Part shown: piece after piece, positions 36,794 through 48,413 of the stretch
How positions within the stretch are numbered: the stretch's first letter is position 1
Layout: each line of letters opens with the position of its first letter
Source of the DNA: Phoronis australis
Taxonomy: Eukaryota > Animalia > Phoronida
DNA length: 64,000 nt
NCBI GenBank assembly: GCA_002633005.1
Contig: NMRA01000037.1
Span: forward strand, 186,001 to 250,000
Reading direction: 5' to 3'
Program-made: the position numbers and the translations under genes
Notes under the pieces: model-generated
Told to the model about the DNA's origin: nothing
Database searches by the model: none
The model's input: the letters and a program-made list of their open reading frames with translations, nothing else

Positions 36794-39659
36794 AGTGGTA
36801 TTAAAGTAGACGCTGATGCCACCGAGGCTTTCCAGAAGCTGAAAGGTCCGAAACATAATCGAATACATCGATATCTGATATTCAAATTCTCCGACAAATA
36901 CGACCGTGTTGTACTTCACAAAGCAGGACCAAGAGGTTTGTATTACCATATTTTCATACTTTAACCTTTGACCTTTTAGAAATAATACAGTACTAAAACT
37001 TTTAAATGAAAAATTGCAATCGTAGTTTCTTTGTAAGATGTTAGTCCCCACAGTTTACATGGCGGTGTTCCGTTTTGCTTTTTCAGACGCGACCTTCGAC
37101 AACTTTCTAGCTGACATGGAGGAATTGAAGAACCGGGCTGCTTACATATTTTACGACATTGATTTTAACACAGCAGATGGGGTGCGAGAAAAGGTTATTA
37201 GTATCGCCTGGTGAGTCATACTTAGAAGCTTGCACGTACTTAGGTTCCTTACATTTTTGGCGTTGGTTCTAAACTTCCTTTTGGCAACACAGGAAATCAT
37301 AGTCAATGGGTCATAGTGTTACCACCGAGAAAATTGGCCAACACGCCACAGTGAATGAAGAATCGAACTGAGTGTTGCTTCTCAAGTTCATTTCTGTTTC
37401 GCCGATTTATAGACGGATGGTTCCGTCATCTCTAGTCGACGTCCGCTGCTGTAGGTACAAAACCACTTGATAAATGTTTGCGAAATTTTACATGACCGAA
37501 CGGCACGAATTATCGGACAGATTCGACTCCCGCTGTGTTGGACCCCAGTGGTAATTTTCTTCTTTTGTTAGACTTTTATCCAAGAGTTAATTCCTCGACG
37601 AATTTGGCTTAAAAGTTGGCAAACGGGTTTTTATTGTGGAGACGACTACACCTCAGGCGGGTTCTACGTAATCTGCGCCACTGACTGTGGCCATTTTTTA
37701 TTAGTTTTGTGTCTGTTTTTGGCATCCGCATCTCTATCCCCCAAAGCGTTTGAATGGCCTGTATTAAATTTCATAGATATGTTCCCATTGAGATGAGCAC
37801 GACTGACGTTCATTTTTGGAGGGGTCGGTCGAATTACTGTAGCGGCACTAGTGGCAATTTCGTTGATTCTTTGCCCATATCTCTAGTTTATGGGTAGACC
37901 TACCATATTTCTTGATGTATTTTTATGATGTTTGGCATATAAGTTTCACATTTTGGGATGCTGCGCCCCCTAGTGGTTATTTTTAATCGTATTTGCGCTC
38001 TATGTTTTGGAGTCGCCAGAGAGATTGCAGGACCGTTATGAAGTTTTACAGGTGTGTTGCTATTGAGGGGATTACGACTGATGTCGATTGTCGTGTTGTG
38101 CAACTACTGTGGGGCGATTTTTTTTGCCTGTGCCTCATTATCTCAAAATTTCGTATAGGTGTTCCAGTTGAGGAGAGTTCAACTAGTATTGATTTTGGGA
38201 CGAGTACAACTATTGTGGGGTTCCCTAGTGACAATTTAGTTTTATTTGCATATAGCTTTGCACCTATCAAGTTCTCCCGTGAATGTTCATGAAATTTGGC
38301 AAAAAAGTGTCCATCACATGAACTCTAGGACCGGCAGCATGTAGCCCCAGTTTTAGGCGAATTTGACTTGTGCTGCGCCCCCTAGTGGCCGTTTTACTTA
38401 ATGTGTTTATATGCTAATCAACACCCCTAGAAGCATATCGTTTGCGGTACAGCCGCGGGCGCATTTCAATGCTTTGTGTTGCTCTTGTTTGTGTAGATTC
38501 TTGTATATATTTAAATTTGGCAAAAAAGTGTCCATCACATGAACTCTAGGACCGGCAGCATGTAGCCCCAGTTTTAGGCGAATTTGAGTTGTGCTGCGCC
38601 CCCTAGTGGCCCTTTTACTTAATGTGTTTATATGCTAATCAACACCCCTAGAAGCATATCGTTTGCGGTACAGCCGCGGGCGCATTTCAATGCTTTGTGT
38701 TGCTCTTGTTTGTGTAGATTCTTGTATATGTGCGCGGTAAGGCCCACTGCGCCAATATATGGAAAATTTGAGTAAAAACCAGGAGTAATCAAAGTACCCT
38801 GTCGGTGAATGTTCGCTTCTTCCTATCAAATTGGTAGACCTTGACCCTCAATAGTAGGTATAAATGAAAAGTAATAAGAATTGAAAAACACCCTTGACGC
38901 TTTGTTTAAAGGGCCTTTCATACTAACGTCGACGTGTCGGTGATTTGGGGAGTTGCTGTCAGTATGAACACTTAACTCCGGTCCTGGATCGCAGTGAACA
39001 GCTCCAGTTAACATCGCAGTTAACAGGTGGATTTAATAGCGCAGCGTCGACGCTGTGGTGCAGTATGAACGCTTAACTTTGGTCCAATCGAAGTTATCGC
39101 CAGGTGCCACTGTTATCGTCAACAGTTACAGGGTAGTGCCGTCACTGATAGCTCCTTATATTTTGCTCTAATAGTAACCAATCGATTTAAAAATAAGTTT
39201 AATGTCACTTAGCACATGTAAATATTTCCAGCTTGAAACATTGAAAAAAAATCGTAGAGTACGCGGCACACAACCGCTTACTTTGATGTTCATTAACTAC
39301 CGAAGCCAGTATGAACGGTCCAGTTAACTGCGCTGTGTACGTCGACGCTCCCCTCAGACCGGAGTTAAGTCAATATGAAAGGGCCTTTAGGGTTGCTTAG
39401 GCACATGCGCCTTTATGCGAAACGCTAAGTTTATTTCGGATATGGGTGCATTTCACATTGGCCTAATTACAAGTACTTGCTTTTTTACATTAGGGTATCC
39501 GATAATGAGGGGCGTGGAAAAGACAAAATGTTGATATCGACAACCAAAAAGAACGTAATGAGTGCAACGGATGTGGACAAGTTCTTCCAGATAAACGAAT
39601 GGGACGAGTTGGATATGGAAAACTTTATCAAGTTAGTCAGTGATAACAAGGCCTCGTGA
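36794..39659 (+). CDS. ADF/cofilin family protein (start-codon exon not located)
   Basis: Exons 36794-36935, 37087-37210 and 39494-39659 are in frame. Translation: SGIKVDADATEAFQKLK..HRYLIFKFS..TFDNFLADM..YIFYDIDFNTADGVREKVISIAWVSD..GKDKMLISTTK..FQINEWDELD. AATAAA at ~39778. Confidence 0.88.
37940..38729 (-). repeat. Interspersed element (possibly Helitron/Helentron-like) with a 221-bp tandem duplication
   Basis: 38292-38510 and 38513-38729 are near-identical. GCTGCGCCCCCTAGTGG occurs three times. Read on the minus strand, each unit has an AACAAGAG-type end. The class assignment is an inference. Confidence 0.55.
38909..39387. mobile_element. Harbinger-like MITE, copy 2, in the cofilin intron
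   Basis: Same TIRs and body as 33399-33906; T(T/A)A-type flanks. Confidence 0.8.
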
Positions 39660-41259
39660 GGGTTGTCTGCTGATTACGTTATGATCTGATACGTAATATA
39701 GCGAGCAGGAGAATCTCGGCCTCCTTTCCTTGTAACTTGTATTCAGAATAAGAATATATTTTATAATACTAAAGGTGAATAAATGTTTACATACTAGCGT
39801 TGTTTTCATTGGACCGAACGTGCAATGGGGTGGGCTTCGTTGTCCGTCTGTATAAACTTATTAACAATTAGTTTCTCGCCATCTTTGTTAATTGCTGCTC
39901 AGTTAGTTTTGCTGGAGTTCTGTCAAATTTTGATGTATTAGAAATAGGTTAGAGGAGCGAAATTCAAGGGTTTTTAGTCCGAACACCTGTGCTGCCAGCG
40001 GCTTTATGTGGTCTATTACTTAAAGCATTGATATTTACAAAGCTAATTGATTGCTCTCTTAGGGAAACTTCGCCCAGAAGCATTTTTTTCTGGTACTCTA
40101 CTGACCCGAGATTATATTTATAATAGCTATATTAGTCCAAAGACAGCGCACTCAGTCACTAGGTTGCAAGACCGTCCCGTCCAAAAGAAAGCAGAAAGAG
40201 AGTTGCTAAAAACAGAAATGATCGCTTGGTATTGATTTTAATGACCAAAATTGCCAAAATAATGGATGCCATGTTTTTTGTTCATTATGAAAATACCGCA
40301 CCTGGCAACACGTGGAGATAATTTGATTTCACTAGTTTCCGACTACTCATGGCCTAAACACTGACGCCCAGAAGAAATAAAATCTCGCATGCCTCATGGT
40401 TTGATTCGCATCTTGCTTTGTGAAGACTACGTACCAATATCCTTCTGCTCGCGTGGGCGCGTGCGTGCGTGTCCAAACAATTAGGCGCACTAAGGAAAGG
40501 TAGTTACAGAATGAGTATCGAACTCGCGCACTGTACCCGGGACGAGTAGAATCATTCATGTCTTGGTTGGCGGGCTAGGTTGACACATGTATGTTGTGAC
40601 CTGTTGTTTTCCCCCGGCGAGGACTTGCGACTTTGTTGTCTCTAAATAATAACTGGCAGATGGATGCTCTTAAGTTCCAGACCTCAGTCGATCAGTATTA
40701 AATTGTAGCTTATACGGGGTGATGCCTGCGACAGTACAGAATACGAAACTCTAAAGTCGGCTCGTAACATCTGAATTAGGCCGTGAAAAGCCTATTTGTA
40801 GTTGGTTCTAGGCCGAATTCCATCGAAACGACGAATCTGTGGTGTAGCCTAAAGCCAGCGGGTCGCGTACTCCAATTGCGATGCATGGCGATTTTTCGCG
40901 GCGTATTGTCTTTCCGCAAATTAATTGTGTGCTTGGTTGCCTATTATATCTGAGGCATAGGTTTCAAAGCCAGTCTGGTTCTATACAGGCACGAGAAACG
41001 ACTTCATTTGGCCTCATCACAAAGAAACGCAAACTTCCGCCAAGGATCACAAAACTGTTAGAAAGTACACAAGTAATGATTATAGTCACAATGGTTTTGG
41101 TTGGCAGCCGTCTATCTCTAGAGACCAATTGGATACGCGCCCTCTATTAGTCATTGGTTGGATTGCAGCAGGTTCTATTGCAGTTGTCACGTGTGTATAT
41201 TTGATCTTGTTCGGTGGGAACATAGGCGCCTAGCTCTGACACCAGTGTTCTTTGAGTAG

Positions 41260-41770
41260 TGTCTGATCTTCATCCCATTTTGCTTACTGGCTTTAATTCA
41301 CTACTTGACAGTCGACCCACCTACTGCGATCAGAGGCCACAGCTTCTCAGTGCGACGTTGATGTTTCCCGTCCTCACTGAGATCACCCTTACACACGTAT
41401 TTATAACGAAGCATGTGTCTTCCTGTAGGTCTATTTCCAGTGGCAAGCTCTCCATAAAGTGTGTCACTTGGCATTCTCCCACCGTCCATGTGCCTCACGT
41501 GGCCACGACAACAAAATGCCTCATGAGTAAGCATTGCGCACATACTTATAGTAGTCCCGCTTGGCTTAGGACTTCGTATTCATTGTTAGAGACATTCTGC
41601 ATTTGATGCAGAGTTTCCTTCCCAGGCAGCGCATAAGAGTTGAGTCTGCGTTCTTGACTGGTGTAGAGGACCATGATTCGCTGGTGTGTACGCGAGAGTG
41701 GTGAGGACTTAAGCCTGACCAGTGGACCTTCATCTTGGTGTTGGTGGTCATCATACACCTTTTCTGTTGG
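41260..41770 (-). mobile_element. Degenerate RTE-clade LINE 3' fragment
   Basis: GHVRHMDGGRMPSDTLYGELATGNRPTGRHMLRYKYVCKGDL matches the RTE/BovB C-terminal GHVxRM..P..LYGEL..G.R..GR..LR.KD pattern. The reading frame is broken by frameshifts and stops. Confidence 0.85.
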
Positions 41771-42391
41771 ACGAGCCAGTCTGGGAACAAAACATTGCAG
41801 ACCCGGTACGGATACCGCTTAAATACATCGACACATTTCATTCTGTGAACAAGTGAAGTAGAACGGCTTAGGTAACAAACTGTCGAGCACGATGATTGGT
41901 AATAAATGAATACACACCTTAACACATGTTTTCCGTTGCTTTTGAACACCACATAAATGCCATCATACTGGGCAGTAATGGAAGTAGTGACACCACGAGA
42001 GCAGTAGAAAGTGTCCATTTGGTTTTATGTAAAATCTTCGTGAAAATAATTTCAAAGGACACATGTTAAGCATACCTGCTGTTTATACAACGGCAGTATT
42101 GGATCGACGAGGCCGTGTCAACTGGCTACATCTGAAATCATCATCGAGAACCAATCAAATGGCTTAATGTGTTGAGCCGTCAAAAATAATCAATTGCACC
42201 CAATATGGTACAGTAGCACCAAATACCAAAAGGGACATCACCGGTTTCACCGCCGAAAAACGCATTTTTGAAATGTTGGATGGAACGTACAGAGTTCTTG
42301 AAATTTACTAACCTTGATTAGAGCCATTAAATAACAAAATCTGTTGTGTTTTTGAGATTTTAAATTGCCAGTTCTCGTCGTTGTCTGCCAG

Positions 42392-44491
42392 ATTCGTCCC
42401 CGGTCGGAAAGCTCAAACAAGGTCTTTCTGTTTTTGTCAGCCCTGTAGAAATAACTCGATCCGTAGGCAGCTGTAGCAATGACGTGAGCTTTTTTGAGGG
42501 ATTCAATAGTGTCAACGGCGGAAGCACTACTTCAATACACGCACACATGGACACTTTCGGTGAAGATTTACTGTATTGTGACCAAGTGGCGTCTGTACAG
42601 TCTCTCTGGGGCACGGTAGGCACTGACTGGCAAAGCTTGGGAAAAGAGCTGCTGACCGAGTAAGGAAACTAATCGAGAATAAGAGTCCTTATTTTAATTA
42701 GTTTCATGTATGGCGTTATCGGACAAAAGCCTTCAAAAGACGTTTTACGGTGAAAACTTGTTCCTGTTTGAATACAACAGTTATAACGCTGCCCGCTAGA
42801 TAATAAGTTACTTCTTGCGACACTATATGTACGTCAACTGTTTGCCACAGGCATCGGGCGTAGACGCAATTCATTCTCATTTGCAAGAAAGATTATGATT
42901 ACTATTCTCAGCATCATATTGTCGGCCGTATTTGGACCCAAACTAGGCTTCGGGCCATAGGCCAGTCTTCGCTCTCTTCAATAAATTACATAACTGCACT
43001 GCTATAATTTTGGTATGTATCGGGGAGGGGGGCTTTCTCCCATAGAGGGGGTGAGTGTAGGGATGTGCCGCCAACTCGGGTGGATATATTCAAGTTGACT
43101 TTCTCGATCAGATGTTATCTCGTGTTGATATCTGGGATACTTTCAGCTTTCAACCAGCTCTACGTTAAATACACCCCAGCAGCTGATGCAAGTGATGCCA
43201 CTGAGCCAATCATTACCCGTGGAATGGAAAACATGTGGCAGTCGTGTACGTAACCCGAATTGCATTACATTTACACAGTCACTACCTCTACCGACTGCAA
43301 AAGTAACCAAACACAGAACTAGACCATAAAAGGCAAATTGTTTTAATCCATAGCTGGTGCTCAAAGTCTCTTTGACGGAGATCAACGCCATCAAGACGAA
43401 AAGTCGTAAACAAAACATGTTTCATGCGGCAGACTAATTGTTGAAAAATGGTTGGTGTCACTGACCAATCGTCCACTTAGGTGCAGTGACTCTGCTATTC
43501 GTTAGCCAACACCGCAGGATTATTTTATCTAACTTTCAAGCCTTCCGCGCTCGCCGTTTTTACACTGGCAGACAAGGGTTTGAATGGTCTAATTTTCCTA
43601 TCCAACTATTTGATAAAAAGACATCTTCTCCCTACATGAGAGGTGACCACTGTCACATCACTACTGTGCTCCCAATTTTGAAATTAATGGTCCATCATGT
43701 TTCACACCGTTTCAGGCTTTTTATCAACTATCCTCAAATGTCAACACTTTTCCTCCGCATACTAAGTATGCCAGATCGCAAAGAGGCCTTTCGTAAACAC
43801 GGTGCAAAGTTGTTTCAAACTTTCGACGTCGCCATCGACAAGGTGGACAAACCGGGACCACTATGAACGGCCAGCACACTCTAAGCGCTCGCCACCCTGA
43901 ATACGGGGTCTTGCCCAGCAAACACAAAGATGTGAGTTAAAAATGAGAGATATCGCGTATCAGGTGCCCCTAGAAATCACCATTAAATGGAAAAAAATAC
44001 AAACAATTTCCATCAAAGCGTGGCTCAAAGTGAAATTAGGGAGTAATTGAACTCCCAAGACTCACTAATACTGCGTTTATGGGCGCCATGCACGTAGCTG
44101 TTTCGGAGTGCACATGATATTGATTTGCCCGAATTTCGTCAAACTACGTCAAAAGGCACCGAATTTTTTATTAAGCTGCGCCAAAACGACTAGAGGTGAA
44201 TATTGTATAGCAATTACGAAGCTAAAACCGAGTTGTTGCACAACGGCAATAAAGTTCTACATGGCGTCTCAGTTAAACACTTGCGCTATTCAACTCGTAT
44301 CTGTGTGTGAGTAATTTTCCATTTTGATCTAGACCTAATTCAAGCCCATGAAGAAAACTTTATTCACACTGATACGACGACATGGGACCGGAATGTTCGA
44401 CGAGGAAGCGTGGAACAAAACATGTACTATAATTACCGATCTCATGGGAAAGACCACTGACATCGCCACTGAAGTCGCGAAAAGTCCTTGA
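42392..44491 (+). pseudogene. Three-exon globin with a frameshift and premature stop in exon 2
   Basis: Exon (42392)42547-42659 has VQSLWGTV..GKELLTE and a phase-2 intron at B12.2. Exon 43716-43931 has LFINYPQMSTLF (CD1 Phe), KHGAKLF (E7 His), and, after a frameshift, LSARHPEYGV (F8 His), then a phase-0 intron at about G7. Exon 44345-44491 has FDEEAWNK. In-frame TGA at 43864-43866. Confidence 0.8.
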
Positions 44492-47381
44492 CATGAGAAA
44501 AATAGCGTACATCAGTAGTTTCATCAAGTAACTAGTCATTACCTGGAAAAGAGGGCTTGGTGATTTTCTACTACCTAAGATGATTACAAACTGCAGATAA
44601 AACTGAGAATAAATAGAAGCAACGAAACGATGATCAATCATAAAAATGTCACAAGTGCTGGACTCATCGTCTATATTTTACATCACTTCTGTAAGTTACA
44701 TGAGAGACTGACGACCACCGGACACCAAAGAACAGTTATTAACTGTGAATTTCAACAATCATTGATTACTATGCCACTGAATTTTAATGATCAACACAAA
44801 ATGATTGACATTTGCTAGGTTTTCATTTCTCAACAGAGTCTACCTTGCTACAATCTAAATTTACCAAGGGTTATTTTTTGATAAATACACAGAACAAATT
44901 AGACCTAATAATAATGAACTAGAAATTTCTCATTCCAAGGCATTTTTGCTGAAAAATTGAAAAAATACATATTTTGGTGCACAAAATACTGTAAGGTATG
45001 TGATTGCAGAGTGTTCTTTTCCAGGTCTTTTCTACTCTTACGCAGTGTGGTACCTATGACCACTGAAGTCATTCTGAACAATGTACTACATGGGACAAAT
45101 TTATTACCAAGAAAAGGCTGCATTGAAGAGGTGCTAGTCTGTGTATCACCCAGCCGTTACAGGATACATCTATTAGACTCTCTCTCCATAACCCCCTTAT
45201 TTAGCATGACCAAAAATACAGGAAAGAAAAAGTCTACCATAAATATATAATGCAAGTACTATTTGCACTGAACACAACATTGAGAAATACAAGCAGGATT
45301 GTATCAAGCATACGACAATGAAATATTTGTACACAGTGTCTTTTTGATCTTGTGATTGGGCACTGAAAGCTATGGGGAATGTTTTCAAACAAAAAATGCC
45401 AGTTCACTGTTAATTCTTCAGAAACAATAGTTCAGAAAAGTGCTAATGGTTAATTAATTTTCACACCTTATTCAGACCTGTCGCCATTTTAAAAATGAGC
45501 CTCTTTTTAGATTTAAAAAACAATGCACTTGAGATATAAATAGAACAAGGCACAGGAAAAAATCATGTTTTGCACTTTGATTTGGCCCTGAATGCATAGT
45601 TTGAAAATTTAAAAGGAGGCTCTTTGTAATAAGGTTACTGCATGAATAAAGTGTATACCTGCATATGTGTACACATTCTTCTTTAAAGTAGAATTGAGCG
45701 CATGTTTGGAGGCTCACAAACCTGCCTCTTCAAGCAAAGGTAAACCAAGGTAGGCCTGGTGTAATAAGGCAGACCAAGGTAGGCCTGCTGTAACAAGGCA
45801 AACATTTTACCTATCAGGGCTACCTTAGATATTGTACAACACGAAACTGAAAACATAAATTGCATTAATTCAGAATTCAAAACTGCACCAAGTAACAAAC
45901 TCGCCGGCGAAACACTACATGTCGCCATTACAGACACACCCACTGAATGCTGCGGGTTGTGTGCACAATATCACCTTAATAACAAACAACCTAAGTTCGT
46001 CCTTTTCGTTACACCATACAGTCAGGAAACAGAAAATTGTCATGCAGCATTGCTGACGAGGATTGGCAATTCTAGCAACCCTAACTACCTCTCTCTAATT
46101 AAAATTACATCCCTTCACAGCTTAAACAGATATTTCCACTGTGTTCCTCCAGTGAAACTGAACTACTTCCCAGTACTGCCAAATGGTGGCAGGGTATCAG
46201 CTGTGTGACCGGTGAACACAGGTTTCCCTTCTAGACGCTTATAAATCTCATGGGTGAAATGAACATGCAATATTAAAGTTAAACAGTGAACTTGAGGGGA
46301 ACCTATATTCCTTCAACTGTTACTGTCCTTCATAAATATTAGATGAAATACACTGTACACAAAAGATGGTTTCGTTGATCTGTGGCCAATGGTCAGCAAT
46401 TCAGAGTGCTGTAAACCCATTTACTAAAGCTTGAATCAAGCTTTTGATTTAAGTCACCTAGAATTGTGAACCTTGTTAACACCTATTCCTTCCTCAAATA
46501 AAAAAGTGGTTTGTGTGCTAAGGAAGAAGTGATAGTTCCTTTGCTTTTTTCAATGTTTATTACGAAATCTTCAGAATACAATGAATATACAAGAGGCATT
46601 AGATCTGCTCAGTGCATGAAATGACGATTCATGTTGAACCAACTTGATGAGATCAGTCTAAAGCAATAACAAACTGTCAGTTCTCATCGCCATGGAAACT
46701 CAAAATTTGTGTAAGGAAGAAGTAGAGATCAACTTATAAATTTAACACTTTTCGATTATTTCAACAAACTTTGTTTTTCCATCTCAAATTCTCTAAATGT
46801 GAGGGCAATGAATTCAAAATGAGCAAGATACTGTGTTCACAAGCCTGGTAAATATCCATTACGAAAAGGGTTATGTGAACGCAAGCCGCTGTATTTGCTC
46901 ATCACCGAGACTTTCGCCTATAATGATGGATAACAGGGTTCACTATGTGCAAAGTGGATTGTGCTTCTTTTGAACCTTCATGTCAGGAGAGTCTGGTCAT
47001 CAGTTGAACGCCCGTAACGAACACAGAAAACTTGTGAGGTCCTGTTGTTTGTCTTCAGTTTTATCGAAGCAAGCTAAAGAACAGCGTCATATTATTGATT
47101 GGAAGTCTGCCACCGTTTTAGACTGTAAGATAGAGTCATTCCTAGAAGGATTAGAGAAGTCATCCACATCAGGTCTCATATCCACTGTATTGATAGGGGC
47201 GGAGGTTTGGAATTACTTTGCATCAACAACCAGGTTCTTGTCGGATACGTACCTCTTAGCAACAATCTGAGGAATTAGGTCATTCTGATGAAGCCAGCCA
47301 TCCATAACAGGCGAACGTCTCACCTGTGAGCAAATGCACCTGTTCGTGTTCAGAAAACTCTTTTCATGATAGAGGACAATA

Positions 47382-47810
47382 CTAATATCTGTATTTTGTG
47401 GAGTAGTCTTTGGGCGACACCACAAGACCCCGCCCTTTCCTAGCGCCACGGTATATAGTCTCCACAATGTCTATAAATTCCTGCTGGTTACTCATGGACC
47501 AGTTGATTTTGTTGTTATTACCAGTGCCCAAGTCAATCATAATGTGCTTGTTGCGGTAGAAAAACATGACCGTACAAGGATCGTACAACTCATACATCTT
47601 GTTAAAGTCGGGCACTTCTGTCACGTCCACCACGTAGATTGCAGCAAAGTTCTTGATTTTCTCCGCAGAGCCACACAGTGTCTCGTCCATCTGCATGCAT
47701 GTTGGGTCCCAGTCGTGGCCGAAGCGAATCACTACTACTCTGTCTTCTTCTGACATGATGGCCTGGTCTACCTGCCAACCATTGGTCAGATGAGGGAGCA
47801 TGTACGACAT
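47382..47810 (-). CDS. TXNL4A: Thioredoxin-like protein 4A (DIM1, U5 snRNP 15 kDa)
   Basis: MSYMLPHLTNGWQVDQAI..RFGHDWDPTCM..GNNNKINW..GRGLVVSPKDYSTKYRY is the hallmark DIM1 sequence. The CDS is a single exon. Predicted 5'UTR intron 52045-47837. Confidence 0.98.
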   Translation of the reverse strand: MSYMLPHLTNGWQVDQAIMSEEDRVVVIRFGHDWDPTCMQMDETLCGSAEKIKNFAAIYVVDVTEVPDFNKMYELYDPCTVMFFYRNKHIMIDLGTGNNNKINWSMSNQQEFIDIVETIYRGARKGRGLVVSPKDYSTKYRY

Positions 47811-48413
47811 GACTGCGTGCTAGACTCGATTCACACCTGCAAAAAAATTTAAAAATTAAGAGACCTCTCAACACACTCAGCATCATCTGGTCCTTGCTTC
47901 ATGTATAACAATGGGAACACACCAGTTGCATGAAACAGTCCAAAATAGAGACTCGACTAAATACCATAAATGTACTGTGTATTTGTGGGCCTGTGAAACC
48001 CTGATTGTTCTTTCTTATGCTGTTTGAGTCTCACTACTACGTCAGTTTTTGGTTTGATACCAATCGAGAGTGAACTCTACATTGTATTCTCGACATTATT
48101 GAAAATAAGAAGGGACCCTTTCAAGCAACGCCCCTAATTTAAGGACTAAGTAGGGTTTGGAATGACCCATGACAAAAAAGAGGAAAATTTTCCAGATGAT
48201 CTTTCGTTCCACAAATAGGCTTATTTGATAGAAATAATTTTTCATGTTGTAAAATTTAATTGCAAGAAATGTTTTTTGCATGAATAAAGTTAAAATAATG
48301 ATAAAAAGAGATGAAAAAAGAAGAAACTGGAAATCAAATATGTGTGAGAAATTTAAACCAAAAGAGAGACATTCCTCTTAAAAGAGGAAAATTGCAATTG
48401 TTTTGACTGAATT

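Noticed and set aside
44600-47300. Many short 60-100 aa ORFs on both strands
   Set aside because: No recognisable motifs or exon structure; consistent with chance ORFs in UTR or intergenic DNA.
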